Of a stretch of DNA of 64,000 bases, positions 35,019 through 48,467 are shown piece by piece. The notes beneath the pieces were generated by a model. The model ran no database searches and had not been told where the DNA came from. It was given only the letters and a program-made list of their open reading frames with translations. Position 1 is the stretch's first letter. Every line of letters starts with the position of its first letter. The DNA comes from Paraphysomonas bandaiensis (lineage: Eukaryota; Protista; Chrysophyceae). Position numbers and translations under genes: made by a program. The DNA is taken from positions 62,001 through 126,000 of the forward strand of contig CBFFRP010000253.1 of the NCBI GenBank assembly GCA_965644295.1, read 5' to 3'.

Positions 35019-36056
35019 TTAGCGATTATGAGCCGAGTTGGGTGGTATGACTGGCTCAGTAGAGATAGTAGACGCGCTAATGGACGGCACAGTGATAGAC
35101 TCCGATTGATAATGGGCACTTGAAGGGCCAGGAGCAACACTTGGCTGTGGGGTGGTCGACACATTGATCTGACTAAATTGTTGTCCGTTCATCTCCTGCT
35201 GATGTGGAATAGGGTAGGCGTTCGGGTCCGGCTTAGCCAGCTGTTGATACTGCTGTCCGGAAATAGGTACCGCCTGCGCATAATATACCGGCGCGCGCTG
35301 TCCTGCTGGTGGTTGTCCTTGCGTCTGCCCATGGGCCTGAGTTGTTGCAGTATATGGCACAACGTTCACAGGAATACTCTGTTGTGCCTGCTGCTGGTGA
35401 GCGAGCTGTGGAACATTCCCACCTTGATCTACCTGCTTCTGAATTTTTAAGCAGCAACACGACGAGCACGCCACTATGCTCAGCGCAAAACATAGGAAAA
35501 ATATAGCCAGGCACAGCGAGAAGGACGAGTACACCAGCTCCCCGTACTCATCCAACACAGGCTCACAATCATCACTGTCAAACCCATCTTGAGCAACATA
35601 CTCAAAGCATCGCACTTCTTTAGTTATATCGTTATGCATGTCACGAATACAGTAGCAGGAATCATGGTTTTCCGCCTTGTCAGCACACGATAATGTCATT
35701 GTGAGCAAATAGTCATTATTACCCCACACTTCACCCCTGGTATTTGCACATAATTTCAGGAATCCAATATTCTGCCACGCTCCATGATCCACAAAACACG
35801 CAATAACGGAAATAATACAGGTAATAACAGTAAATGCAATGTAAAAACCTTGACCACATGGGCGGTCGATATAGATGCTGATAACAGCAGTGGGCATAGC
35901 AAACATACCGACATAAAAAGCTCCAACATCAACATTTTTAGCAAATGCATAGACAACACTACCCGTAACAAGTTCACAAAATCCCAATAGAAGTAAAGGG
36001 ATATTACAAGCTACAACTATAAGATGAACAGTTGACATGGAATCAAGATATGACAT
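35019..36056 (-). CDS. Four-TM membrane protein with Cys-rich loop and Q/P-rich tail; tetraspanin-like topology without CCG
   Basis: Three N-terminal hydrophobic helices, Cys-rich loop, TM4 followed by CSSCCC; intronless 345 aa. Confidence 0.65.
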   Translation of the reverse strand: MSYLDSMSTVHLIVVACNIPLLLLGFCELVTGSVVYAFAKNVDVGAFYVGMFAMPTAVISIYIDRPCGQGFYIAFTVITCIISVIACFVDHGAWQNIGFLKLCANTRGEVWGNNDYLLTMTLSCADKAENHDSCYCIRDMHNDITKEVRCFEYVAQDGFDSDDCEPVLDEYGELVYSSFSLCLAIFFLCFALSIVACSSCCCLKIQKQVDQGGNVPQLAHQQQAQQSIPVNVVPYTATTQAHGQTQGQPPAGQRAPVYYAQAVPISGQQYQQLAKPDPNAYPIPHQQEMNGQQFSQINVSTTPQPSVAPGPSSAHYQSESITVPSISASTISTEPVIPPNSAHNR

Positions 36057-36472
36057 CGTTCACTTATACACTATATAAGAGGAGTTCAGGATAGGAATAT
36101 AAGGAGATGAAAGACCGAATAAACGGTTAATAAGATCCTCAAGATGAGGGGAAGTGGTGTGTTGTTGGTAGAGATACTCTGATGTGATGGACGATAGTAT
36201 GAAACATGCATATCCTTATACACACATGCTGCACATACCACCTACCTACATACACACATACTGCTGCACATACCTACATACACACATACCTACCTGCGAT
36301 CGTACCCCCTACCTACGTCGTACCTACATACCTACAGAGTCCCCACCTACAGCAGTACCAACCAGCCTGCCTACCTACATACCTACAGTACCTACCTGCC
36401 TGCCTACAGAGTACATACATACCTGCAGTACATACTCTGTACGTACGATTGTCCAAGTACACTGTAGTGTAT

Positions 36473-36612
36473 ATCCGCAGTCAGCATCTTATATTTCGGA
36501 AATATATTGAAGCAACATTTCTCTATATTACTGCAGTACAACTACGGCTGGTATACAGATAATTGTTGTCTCAATATTAGAGGCATCTTGGAACAAAAAT
36601 ATACGGATGTCG
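36473..36612 (+). repeat. Dispersed repeat family P, copy 4
   Basis: gcagtcagcatcttatatttcggaaatatattgaagcaa..caactacggctgg..gaggcatcttggaacaaaaatatacggatg. Confidence 0.9.
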
Positions 36613-38348
36613 AAGTCTCTCCTTGTATAGTCATATATATATATAGGAGTCAGTGATGACTGTGATCTCTGAATTGACTCGGATGAATTGTATTCCTTCT
36701 ACTCATGATGTCATATGAGGATGATAGGAGGGATCCCTGTGTATGTGTGTATATGTATCCCTGTGTGTGTCTGTATGTGTGTCTGTGTGTGTGTATCTTC
36801 TAAAGTGAGTTGAAGCAAGAAGTGTGAAGTGGTCATGAGCATACTGTAGTAGGTAGTAGTTAATCCTCTACCCCCATACAATGAGCACCATCCTCATACA
36901 TGTCGGCAACAGTCACATCATTGTCATCATATACGGGCTATGATGGTATGGTAATACAAGACATTACTAGAGCCATTACTAGATCTATACAACCAGTAGA
37001 ATCCCGGTGCTCATTACTAACTTTGCCGTGACGATATTACGGAGGAATTTTGTAGTCTAGCAATTCTTTACGTATGGAAAAACAACTTGCTAAACTATTA
37101 AACTCCTCCGCAATGTCGTACATACATATATTGAGATACCTATCGACATGTGTATATGTATCATATACGTGAATACAACAAGATACATTAATATAACAAT
37201 TCACTGAATTATCATCGGACTATATAAGATACGTGACTGTACAAGATAGGGGAAAGAAACTATATTATCAGACTTAGACTTAGAGATCCTAGTGTCTCAT
37301 TTTTTTGAAGAAATTGCATCTTATTATCAATAATCAATATGTTTCTACCTACGATTCCGTGATCTATGGAATGACCATCATTCATATTCAATACCAAACG
37401 CATCAATCTAATACAGTTGATCACAATAACTATTATGTATATAAATTATAATAGTATGGGTTTAGTGCTGCTTATATGAATAATATAGCTAGTTGGATTG
37501 TGTTTGTTGTAGTGTACAAATAATCTATAGAGAGTGGACTCATACTCTGTTGCATATCGTTAAGTAAATAACGATGCTCTGAAGCGCACTTACGGTTTGC
37601 TTGTGATTTCTGGTTTCTGGTGTTAGACGTCCGCTGACGTAACTGAACAGTGTTACAGCGCTGTCAGTTGACTCATTCCATCTATAGTCTATAGTCAGAG
37701 CTGTGTCTGTTCTCTGGACTCATCTCACCTATACTACAAGAAATATTGACCATCTATATCTAATAATAATATATGAAGACGTGATAATTATATACAATAC
37801 TTTAACAAAACAATATTCAGTGTGGCACGTGAAGACAATGGACGATAATACACTGAAAAATATGGAATGTACAAATGCTGTGATGATATTGAGATACTGA
37901 AATAGTTTGATATTTCAAGATATGTTTAGTAACGAGAGATTCACATATGTAGGTGATTATGCGTGGAGCAAATTGAAGATCTAGTCACAATTCGTGTAAA
38001 CGATATTAAGTAATCTATCTAGTCTAACGACTAATTCTCTTTAAGATCTAGTTGTTAGAGAATGAGCATTTTCCAACATATATAGTACATATACGTTAAC
38101 CACTATAATTTTAACTCTACTTGAGAGTGCGTGGTATTACTAATTCAATTAGTTACTTCTAGAATAAATATCAAATTCTGTTAGTGCTACAAGTCGAGGC
38201 TAACAAGTGATATGACTAAACGAAGATGCCGTCTTTATTATATATAAGAACGACGCACTTGTATTTGCGTCAAATACTAGTAAGATATATCAACACTTCG
38301 ACCTATTTGAACAAACAATGCACATTAAGCTAAATATTTCCTCTTCTA

Positions 38349-40862
38349 TTAGTTCATATTCACAACATTCACAAAGCGGCCACTGTCCTTCCTTGTGTAG
38401 TGACCACTTGGGGAGGCAGATGGGGCTATGGGGGGTTGCCAATAGGGCGTTGTATTAACAGAAGATGCGGCCAGAATACTACCCACTTTCTCAGACTTCC
38501 TAGGGGAGGAACCAGATGAGAGACCAGCTTGTTTTCCTACTCCAGTGATAGAGACCTCAGAGCCAGAGAATGGGCTCGACAACAATATTGCACCGTGTTT
38601 TTTCGTTCTTTCCTCATCATAAAGCTCATCTTCAGGGTGCTTTCGGTTGCTTACGTTGGCAGGTGTGCGGACACCTACTGATCGTCCTGCCGAGGGGGGC
38701 ACAGACGGAACGGGAGTAGCACCAGTGGGTCCAGCTGGTACACGGGGAAGGAGAACAACTGTGGTTGCATTGGGTTTCATGTTGACGATATTGCGCTGGT
38801 ACTGTCCAATAATAAGTTGAGAGGGTGGCGTCGGGTCATGCGATGTGTTGGAGGGCTGTGGTTTAGGTGCTTTAAGCACACTGGGCACATTTGAGCAGTT
38901 GATATACTTATCAATGGGCGGGCGTGAAGGAGGTGTGGGTGCTTGTAGTGTAGTGGGATCATGACCAGAGCTTTGGCTTGTACCTGTAGTAGCGCTAACG
39001 GCACTGACTGATCTCTTTGCAGTGACAGGGGGAGAGGTCGAGGCCGGGGGCTTAGTCGGTCGTGTTGGAGACAGAAAAGTAGATGGCTGGATCGATGTGA
39101 CAGTACTGCCCATACTTGAACCTACTGGGCCCTGCGCGAGTGTAGATACTTGCGTGCTTGTATTGCTATGGGCCACTGCTTTCACTGGCGAAGTTGAGAA
39201 TTCGGGCTTACGTGTGAGGTTTAATCGCGGCGTTTGCACATGTTTCTCTTCTTGTCCATCAGCTTCCCGCCCGGCTTCACTCTCCGCCATTAACAGCGGA
39301 AGAACTTCCCTCAAATCATGCATCGCTTCCAACCTTTCAGCAGGTGAATCCTCTGCATCACCCCCTCCTTCGCCTAGGGGATTACCAGTTGCTATATGCG
39401 CTAAGGCTCCACGAGCTGTGTGAATTTTCGCTGCGTGAGCATCCTCACGGGATACTGTGAATGTTTTCCACCCGTCAAAGGCACTAACCAACTCCACATC
39501 TTGTGGTCCCGATGTATGCGTTGTGGCAGAGGGTGTTGTGGCTGGAGGAGGGGCAGCTCGCATGGATGTCGTGAACGGTGGTGGACCACTCTCAACTTTT
39601 TTCTGTCGCCAGAAGGGTATCACCTCAGGCTCTTGCTTTCGTACGAATGAGTGCTTCGCTGCGTCAACCACATCCTGTAGAAACGAATTGTTAGCATACC
39701 ATTACATTACTATTAACAGTGGCAAGAGTATGGTCTGCTGTACCTCGAAATGTTCTCTGGAAAGCTCGAAGGCTTCCACTGGCCCACATGTAACATAAGT
39801 CATCTGGAACTTATCTAGCCCTTGTAACACCTCCCATTGACCAATCAGCTGTCCCCGACCATGTTCCACGACATAAAGGGGTGCACCCGTCATGCGTGAT
39901 GATGTCTGTACTTCTTCTACGCCAGATGGTGGCGATGCGGGTTCGGTAGATGAGGGTTTGCGGTTAGTGTGGACTGCTTTCACAAGGCCAGTGTTGATAA
40001 TAAACACGCTTTTTACAGGCTGTCCAGCTTTTGCAATCACACACCGGTTGGAATAAGAACGACTTGTGAGCTTGTAGCACATCTGCTGGCACTTCGTGAG
40101 ACTGTACCACTTGAGTGCAGGAATCTCCCTCAAGAGCTGCATGGCAGACGACAGCTGTTGTTGCTTAAAGTGATGTCGACGAAGAACAGCACTATAAACA
40201 AACAAATATTAAAACAACATATCATATATAAGTATATAAGTATATTACTTGTATGTACTTGCATGTAAAACAAGTAGAAGTGATTGATCATCTGATGCCA
40301 CAGCAGTTGCACCTCTAAATTGATGTGTAGCTGATAATATCGCTAATTCACCAAAACCTTTTCCTTCTGTTAATGTTGCAATACGTTTACCTAAATCACA
40401 ACAATCTTCTTCATTAATATTCTTTCCTCTTAAATCTCCATATAAACGACAGTTTGTCATTTCATTTTCTTTACTTGATTCAATATATAAATCAACTGTC
40501 CCTTGTGCAATAATATAATAACATGAACCAAAATCACCTTGTAAAAATATTAATGAACGTCCATAACATGCAACCCAATCAATTTCATTACATAATTGAT
40601 CCATATCTCCTTGTGACATCTTTGGTATACATGTGATAGTTGACATAAATTTAGATAAGATTTCAATATCAACAATTGAACGTTTACCCCTTTTTGTATT
40701 CTTTAAGATATGAATAACTTCATTAATAGCGTTAGTTTTCTTATTATGATCCTCTTGTTGACGTAAATAAATAGTGTGATCATACCATTTTCTATAATAT
40801 TTATATATAATTCTAAGAAATTTATTAAAGAATATAGTAATCAAATGAGATCGACTAGACAT
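38349..40862 (-). CDS. Protein with two cyclic-nucleotide-binding domains and a long disordered tail; exons 40862-40249, 40191-39744, 39674-38349
   Basis: IFLQGDFGSCYYIIAQGTV..GFGELAIL..RGATAVA; second CNB-like VIAKAGQPVKSVFIINTG..GQLIGQ; introns of 57 and 69 bp splice in frame. Confidence 0.82.
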
Positions 40863-41179
40863 AATATGATAGGATATAAAATAAAAGAAGTGAATGATAT
40901 GAAGTGTGAATGAAGTATGTTAATATTAGTATATAGAAAGTAGGAAGTAACCTTATAACGGTGTGGTTTGTATGTATGTTACTGCTGTATATGATGCGGG
41001 TTGTATCGCTGCACATCGCAGTATGTTGGCCTGCTCGATTATATGTACACAGTCTACGTCTACATACGATGCTATATATCTATATACATACTGTATATAC
41101 TGTTGTATATATGCAGTATTTTGATCATTCATACGTACCAAAAAAAGAACTCATTCCGAGAAAATTCTGTGCCTGTATT

Positions 41180-42813
41180 TATGTGTAGGGGTAGGGCAAT
41201 GTGTGTCTGTATACATATGTATTGTTAGGTGTGTATCTTTAGGGGCCTCTGTGTGTGTATGTGTGTATGTGGGTGTGGGTGGATCTTCGAGTATGTGAAT
41301 TGGGGGCCTCTGTGTCTATATGTATGTATGTATGTGGAGGGGTGTGTGTCTATATGTTGGAGGCTAGTGGCCTGTGTGTCTGTGGATGTGGATGTCTGTA
41401 GTCCAGTGTGTGTGTATATTGGCACACCTTCCCCTCTATGATCATGTGAGGGGTGTGTGGTATCGTGTGTATGTATGTGTATGTGGATCATAATATCAGA
41501 CGTGTCTCATATACACACTCATAGCATGGGCTCCTCTCCAACTAAACTACACTCCACTAACACACACAGCAGAGAGAAGTTCCTGTTCTCCTACACGATC
41601 GGTAAGGGCGGGTTCGGTAAAGTCTCGTCTGTGATGCACCTCCAGTCGAAGGACTGGTTTGCTATGAAAGAAATCAACATACGGCAACTTCTCACTCATA
41701 AGCATGGTTTAAGTTTGATTTTATCGGAGCTGAGAGCACTGAAGAGTGTGGGAAGACATCAGTTTGTTGTGGGACTCAACTCCGCCTTTCATGATGCTCA
41801 GTACTGCTACATGGCTCTTGACCTGTGCACTGGTGGAGATCTCAGATATCATTTGCGCCGACGAGAGCCATTCACTGAGGATCGAGTTGCTTTTGTAGTG
41901 GTTTGTATCAGTTCAGCTCTTCATCATATCCACAGCAAAGGTATTCTTCATCGTGATGTAAAGCCGGAGAATATCATGTTTGACGAGTATGGTTATGCTC
42001 TTCTGACGGATTTTGGAGTGTCGTATGTTGGAGAGCCCAAAATTGTGGCGCAGGATCATGATGTTATTTGCCACATGGCCAGTGGGACACGACAGTACTT
42101 AGCCCCTGAGGTGTTTACTAAGTCTCACACTCACGGATGTGCTTCTGACTTTTGGAGTCTTGGCGTTGTGGCATACGAGATGGTATATGGCCAGCGACCC
42201 TTCTCCAAGCATGTGCCATTGGACTTTATACGGTATGCAGAGGATAAGCTTGCGCGAGAGAAGCCTGTTAAAGCTTCCACTGTGGCTATTTCCAGCACTG
42301 TCCCTGTCCAGCATAACCTGATGTCATTTGGGTCCTGCCGAGAAAGAGGTTTATTAAACGACAAGCTACGAGTACCTGTGCCTGAGGCATCCCCAGTTAA
42401 TGAACATTTATCGGACGCTTGTGTACGGGTGATATCTGGTCTACTGGACGTTCGACAGACTCACCGTCTTGGGCATGGGGAAAACAACTACGCCAGGTTA
42501 TGCAACAGTGATTGGTTTCTTGGAAGCGGTTTTTCGTATTCTCAAGTAGAGAGCATGGTGGTGCAACCCCCTTTTCGTCCTAACCTGAGAGAGGTGAGCC
42601 TTGACATATGTGATCCATACTCTCCGCCAGAGATGACGCAAGATGAAGATACTTCTACACCCTCGGATCCAGGTCTACCTTTGTCGGTAGAGGAACAACT
42701 GCGGCGCTTCTACTATGTGTCAGATGAATATGCCAAATATGCAGAGACAAAGGAAGTGGCGGTGGTATCTGAGGAGAGGTGCGAAGTCACGATCCCTACA
42801 CCTGCACTCACCA
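41180..42813 (+). repeat. ~1.63-kb inverted segmental duplicate (partner 58820-60455)
   Basis: Near-identical 5' leader and kinase CDS. Confidence 0.95.
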
Positions 42814-42845
42814 ACAGCCCTAAATCAACTGTACTGGCTTTTTAA
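41526..42845 (+). CDS. AGC-like (YANK/STK32-like) Ser/Thr kinase, copy 1; intronless, MGSSPT myristoylation-like start
   Basis: IGKGGFGKV, FAMK, GGDLRYHL, HRDVKPEN, TDFG, GTRQYLAPE, DFWSLGV. Confidence 0.9.
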   Translation: MGSSPTKLHSTNTHSREKFLFSYTIGKGGFGKVSSVMHLQSKDWFAMKEINIRQLLTHKHGLSLILSELRALKSVGRHQFVVGLNSAFHDAQYCYMALDLCTGGDLRYHLRRREPFTEDRVAFVVVCISSALHHIHSKGILHRDVKPENIMFDEYGYALLTDFGVSYVGEPKIVAQDHDVICHMASGTRQYLAPEVFTKSHTHGCASDFWSLGVVAYEMVYGQRPFSKHVPLDFIRYAEDKLAREKPVKASTVAISSTVPVQHNLMSFGSCRERGLLNDKLRVPVPEASPVNEHLSDACVRVISGLLDVRQTHRLGHGENNYARLCNSDWFLGSGFSYSQVESMVVQPPFRPNLREVSLDICDPYSPPEMTQDEDTSTPSDPGLPLSVEEQLRRFYYVSDEYAKYAETKEVAVVSEERCEVTIPTPALTNSPKSTVLAF

Positions 42846-43175
42846 ACATTATCACTTCAGCATTGTGTTCTTGCATGTATCAATAAAATTTATTTATGTC
42901 TTCCATTGGTGAAAAATTGAAATTGTTTTGTATTTTGTTGTGAATTAAAGTGATTTTAAGAATGTAGAGCGTTTTTAACGAAGATTTCGAGATATACTGT
43001 AATATTTTAAAATTTATTCAATCAATTCTGGAGGGGTACGTTACGTAGTAGTTGAAATATCAGATTGTGGTACGACTTCTTTGCTTTTAGATAATGGTGA
43101 AGTCCGTTTCATATACATATGTGGTAGACTGTAGACTATACAGGTCGTTTCTTCCTATCATGCGTCGTCGTATAG

Positions 43176-43468
43176 TAACAGAAGTTGACATTATTTGCTA
43201 AGGTTTACTATTCTCAACTGATAAGATGAAATTATAAACATTACATGATAAAGAACCTAAGTTGTGTTCGATGTGTTCAACACCATTCATTTACTACTAT
43301 AGTGTACAAACCACACACTCAGTGATCGTATCCTGTATAGTCATCCACTTCTACTTCAGTTTCATACTACATAATATAATGTACTAATTACATATATATC
43401 TTTCGATCCTTGCATCTCACATAATACTGCACTCAATTGCAAGTATATAGAATCTTCAGATCTCAACA
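43176..43468 (-). repeat. 3' LTR of Copia B
   Basis: Identical by eye to 48175-48467. Confidence 0.95.
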
Positions 43469-43592
43469 CTCCCCCTCAATTGAGTGTTGTACTATGACGC
43501 CTCCCAGCTATTGAATGCCTGAGATAAAAAAATTCTTGACAGTAAAATAGACTCATCTCTAAGTCTAAACCTCTGTCTAAAAAACTCAGTAC

Positions 43593-46500
43593 CTACTTGC
43601 GCCTTCTTTTATCCCTTGGTCCCTCATTAATCACTTCAGTGGAACTCTTAACTTTCTCTCCAAGATTTCTCTTTCTCTGCTCCATATATGATAAACCAAC
43701 CAATGACTTTGTATAAATATCTGCTGCTTGTTGCGATGTATGCACATGCACTAACTTAATCGTATTGAACTGATTGGGATCCACGTGCTCTCTCACCATG
43801 TGATACTTAATCTCAATGTGCTTCGACTTCTTGTGAAACACTGGGTTTTCGGCCAAATCCTGGGCACTCTGACTGTCGATGAAGAATGGTGTGGGTTTGA
43901 TGAGCCTCAACTTAATCTCACCCGTCACCCCCCGAACCCATAGCACTTCTTGGAGACCCGAGTAAATACACTGATACTCAGACTGCATGCTTGACGTTGC
44001 CACTGTCGTCTGCAGTTTGGACTGCCAGACTATAGGCCCTCCCGCTGCAAACCCAACGTACCCCGACGTGGACTTCCTGGAGAGCTGATCTCCCGCCCAA
44101 TCCGCGTCAGTAAACATATGGAAGTCGAACCGTCTACTCCCATATTGAATCCCTTTGTCAATAGAACCACGAATATATTGCCATACATGTGTTAATAGCT
44201 TGCATACTTCAATATTCACCTTATTACTGAACCGAGACAGTACTCCCACTGCATAGGCAATATCCGGCCTCGTGTTCATCGATAGATATAGTAATGCACC
44301 TATCAGCGGCCGATATGGGAAGTTATCTACTATAAGCTGTTCCTCCTCGGTATGCTCATGCCGCGCCCCTTTTGCCACTAAATCCATTGCTTCCGCCGGT
44401 AGAGGACTCTTCCGTACCTTTCGCGGTGGCCCAAGATACTTTTCAAACTTTTCTAAGATCTTAGCCGCATATACTGATTGGTCAAGACGAATATACTCTG
44501 GCGTTCTTGTGACTCGAACATTCAGAAAATGTTCCATCTCGCCCATATCCTTCATATCAAACCGGGCACACAGTTGAGCTTTAATATCCTTCACTATGTT
44601 GACATCACGACCTAACACTAGGATATCATCCACATATATCGTTAATAATATCAATTCATCGCCCTTATACTGATAATACAAACACGGGTCTAATACACAT
44701 GGTTTAAAATGCATAGATCGTATGAATTTATCCAATGTTTTCCACCACGACCGCGGGGAACTCCGAAGCCCGTATAACGACTTCTTCAACTTAAAGCAGT
44801 ACCCCTCAGGCAGCTGAAAGTCCGGAGTTGCCTTCATATATACATCCCCCTCTATATCTGCATATAGAAATGCGTTAGACACATCCAGTTGATGAATTAC
44901 CATGTTCATCACGAAAGCTATGGCGATTAACAGTCGCACTGTTACCCCCTTAACAACGGGTGCGAAATGGTTCGCCCAACCACTCGACTGCTGTCCACAA
45001 CCGATTGCTACAAGACGAGCCTTATATCGGCGGACCTCTCCCTCCTTATCGTACTTCTTTCCATAGACGTACTTGGAGTGCAGTGGGACGACTCCGTCCG
45101 GTATACGAGTCACCTCCATGGTATCTCGCTTCGCCAAACCCTCTCGCTCTACACGGCGAGCTCGTCTCCACTCCCTGTGCTCGGCACTCTCCAAGGACTC
45201 ACGATGTGTCTGAGGCACTGTCGACTCTTCCGCTGACATCCACACTGAGTCTGCCTCCTGTAAAAGGTCACTCACATCACTCTCATCACTCAAATGATGG
45301 ATTTGTCCTAACACCGACACATTCGTTACCGTCCTTGGAGTTCTTGCGCGTTTGCCGTGCGGATGATTCTCGGCAGGGGTCCCTTCCCCCGAAGGTAATG
45401 CTGAGTCAGCCTGGGGCTGCACCTGCCCACTTTCCGACTGCTGTGGCACCACTCCGCTGATACCGCCGTCACGGTTGTCAGTAACTCTGGCCCTAACCAC
45501 CCTCTGCGCAAGATCCTCTGTCATCTTCTTGATGTCAGCAATATGAATAGGAGTTTTATCCTCCACTTGAACCTGGTTACCAGTAACCAACGACCGGTAT
45601 CCCACAATAAGTCCCTTCCTTATCACCACTCTGTTAGTCTTGTATAGCAGACCACCATCCTCATGGTGCTTTCCGATAAGATACTCAAACTCACCCGGTT
45701 GACGAGCCTCGGGATCTATAGCCACTTGAGCCTCCTCCAGCTCTCTATAATAATCCTGAGACCTCTCAGGTACCGATTCATCAAATAATACATGTACAGA
45801 GTGTACTACGGTGTCCCCCACTAGCACCTTGTATCCTTTTCGATCAGCTGGATACCCTATGAAATAACCTGTCATTGCTTTGTCCTCCCAGTCCTTCCTC
45901 CTGTCGGCCTTGGGTGTTAGCACATATGCTTTGCACCCCCATTTCCGTAGCCACGATAGGCTGGGAACGCTCCCCCTGGGACACACTCATATGGAGACAT
46001 CCATCCTTGCCACGTCCGAGTTGGCATTCGTCGCACAATGTAACATGCAGTTTGATAAGCATCAAACCAGAACGACTTTGGAAGTCCAGATGCCGTCAAC
46101 ATCGTCAGTGTCATCTCCCCAATTGTTCGGAATTTCCTCTCAGACACCGCGTTGAGCTCTGGCGTGTCTCGTGTTGTATGTGACACCCGAGTCCCATATC
46201 GCTGCAACAGATACTCTCTTATCTGCTGACTAATAAGTTCGGATCCTCCATCGGCATGATACTCCACTATACGGTTCCACCCCTCGTACTTCACTAAGTG
46301 GACCTCGCACAAGTGTCGTAGACATTTGAACACCTCCTCTCCGCTTCGAGTCCTCAATCCATATTCCCATATCATCTTTGTTGCTAAGTCCGTAAATAGG
46401 AGCACGTACTTATACCCTTGTCTGGATTCACAATTGAGGTAGACTGAGATGTCCGCTGTCACTCGTTCCAGAAACCTGACTGCGCTTAGCTCTTCGTTGT

Positions 46501-48190
46501 CCCGTGATTTGAACGAATGCCTGGTTATCTTCGCCTTGGCACACCATTTACACAGGGGTTTCTTGCAACTCTTCTCCTTTGCCTTCGAAAGGTGATGTCG
46601 TTGTAGTCCTGATCCTCTGAATAACATGTGTCGGTGAGCTTCTAATAACTTCGATTTCGAGACATGTCCAGTACGCTCATGTAAGCGATCCAACGCATCT
46701 TGTCCTGTATTATCCGACAAATTTACCTCCTCCATCTGATTGCACATAGACACATTTGGCAGATTTAACACCTCCATCAAGTCCACATACGGCATTCCTC
46801 CATGCTCATCGTACTCTCCAGTCAACACCTCGTTTCCAGAGTCCAATTCCACGATTTTAGGCTTTCGAAGCAGTTGTAATCCGTATCCCATTGATCTCAG
46901 CATTCCTCCTGACACAATGTTCTTCACCGCTTCTTCACTAACTCTGATGTCTCTCCATTCCCCGAATGTACCAGTTCCCTGTGTCTCCAATTGAGAACCC
47001 TTTCTAGTTAGTTGGATTGCCCCAAACTCAGGAGTAAATGACTCCAGTGCAATTTTATCCTTTACTATAAACAGTCTTTTACTTGCACAACTGTCCAGAT
47101 ATACACGAGGTTCTTCCGACGTATCCACCGATAGCAAAACCTCTTCTCCAAACATATTCGCTTCATCATCCGACGACTCTCCGTCGTTGACGTATTTCTT
47201 CCATTCTGTCTCGAATTTCCTGTTCGATTTTCGAGGATTCTCATTATCCGGGTTTTTTATGTTCTTCCGTTTTTTCGACTTGCACTGTCGGGCTTTATGA
47301 CTAAAATCTCCACAGATATGACAACCAGTATAATCCTTTGATCCTGGCTGCTGCACACTCTTCGAAGCCTTTTCCTTTGTCTTCCCTTTTCTTTTGAACT
47401 TATCCATTTTTCTTTGTCGTTCCTTAGCATAACAATTCGCTGCTACATGTCCCTTCTTCCGACAAAATGAACAAACCACTGGCTCCTTCGACGCCGTAAA
47501 ATTGATCTCTTCAGATTTGTCTCCCTTTAGTTTCTTCAGCTGCGTCATAGCCTCGTCATACTCTTCACAAGCCTCTTTCACCGAATCAAATGTAGTTGTT
47601 GCTTTAGGCATCATCGCTACCGACATCCATAAATCATGTAATTCCTCTATCTGCAGCGCTGCTTTTATCTTTGCTAATTTACTTGCCTCTGTCTGCGGTT
47701 GTCCCAATTTTATGAGCTTCTGGATTATACCGTTCAGTCGATCTACCCCAACAGACACCTTTTCCCCCGGCCTTATTTTGAACGAATGGTATTCTGCCGT
47801 AGTCTTCTCCAATACAGTCCCAATCTCGCCTCTGAACCTATCAACCAGTGTCTGAAGGAGCTCACTGGATAACACCTCCTTAGCAGGATCATCAGCAGGT
47901 AAAATTGCCTTCCCCTCCAAATATTGATTGGCTACCTCCAACACATCAGGGTCATGCTCGCAAGCCTCCCAAATAGTACTAACACAGGTATCATTACGCT
48001 CTCTCCATGACTCTAAATTCCTTCCTCCGGCTGGCGGGTCCTCCAAGCCAAGATGGTTTCGGTTTTTCTTCATTAGATGCATCTTGATTTTTCTCGCTGA
48101 ATAGTCTGCTTGGTTCTTGTCAAACCGTAGCTTCTTGTCATCTTCCCCATCCCTACAACTAGCATTCGCTACCATAACAGAAGTTGACAT
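43593..48190 (-). CDS. Copia B gag-pol polyprotein with one -1 frame break at a G5 run (45972-45976)
   Basis: Two zinc knuckles (CSFCRKKGHVAANC, CHICGDFSHKARQC), YLDSCA, HERTGH..CKWC, ADIS/HADGGSE/ERKFRT, KARLVAIG, YVDD, DADWA, ADIYTK. Confidence 0.93.
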
Positions 48191-48467
48191 TATTTGCTAA
48201 GGTTTACTATTCTCAACTGATAAGATGAAATTATAAACATTACATGATAAAGAACCTAAGTTGTGTTCGATGTGTTCAACACCATTCATTTACTACTATA
48301 GTGTACAAACCACACACTCAGTGATCGTATCCTGTATAGTCATCCACTTCTACTTCAGTTTCATACTACATAATATAATGTACTAATTACATATATATCT
48401 TTCGATCCTTGCATCTCACATAATACTGCACTCAATTGCAAGTATATAGAATCTTCAGATCTCAACA
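48175..48467 (-). repeat. 5' LTR of Copia B; contains the first in-frame gag ATG at 48190
   Basis: Bounded by PBS (48165-48174) and TSD. Confidence 0.95.

Larger units (their letters stand above)
43176..48467 (-). mobile_element. Full-length Ty1/Copia LTR retrotransposon (element B)
   Basis: 293-bp direct LTRs 43176-43468 and 48175-48467; TSD TATAG at 43171-43175 and 48468-48472; PBS TGGTAGCGAA; PPT TTGAGGGGGAG. Confidence 0.97.

Noticed and set aside
36650-36730. TGATGA and CTGA suggesting a C/D snoRNA
   Set aside because: Boxes are too close together, with no terminal stem or recognisable guide.
41488-41503. 16-mer TCATAATATCAGACGT shared upstream of the kinase ATG and the BAF-like ATG (51396-51411)
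   Set aside because: About one 16-bp match is expected by chance in 64 kb of AT-rich DNA, and there is no independent third copy.
41457-41525. ORF-track N-terminal extensions for the kinases, the TSP1 protein (21509) and the dioxygenase (55624)
   Set aside because: They translate low-complexity leader sequence; the downstream ATGs give plausible starts.
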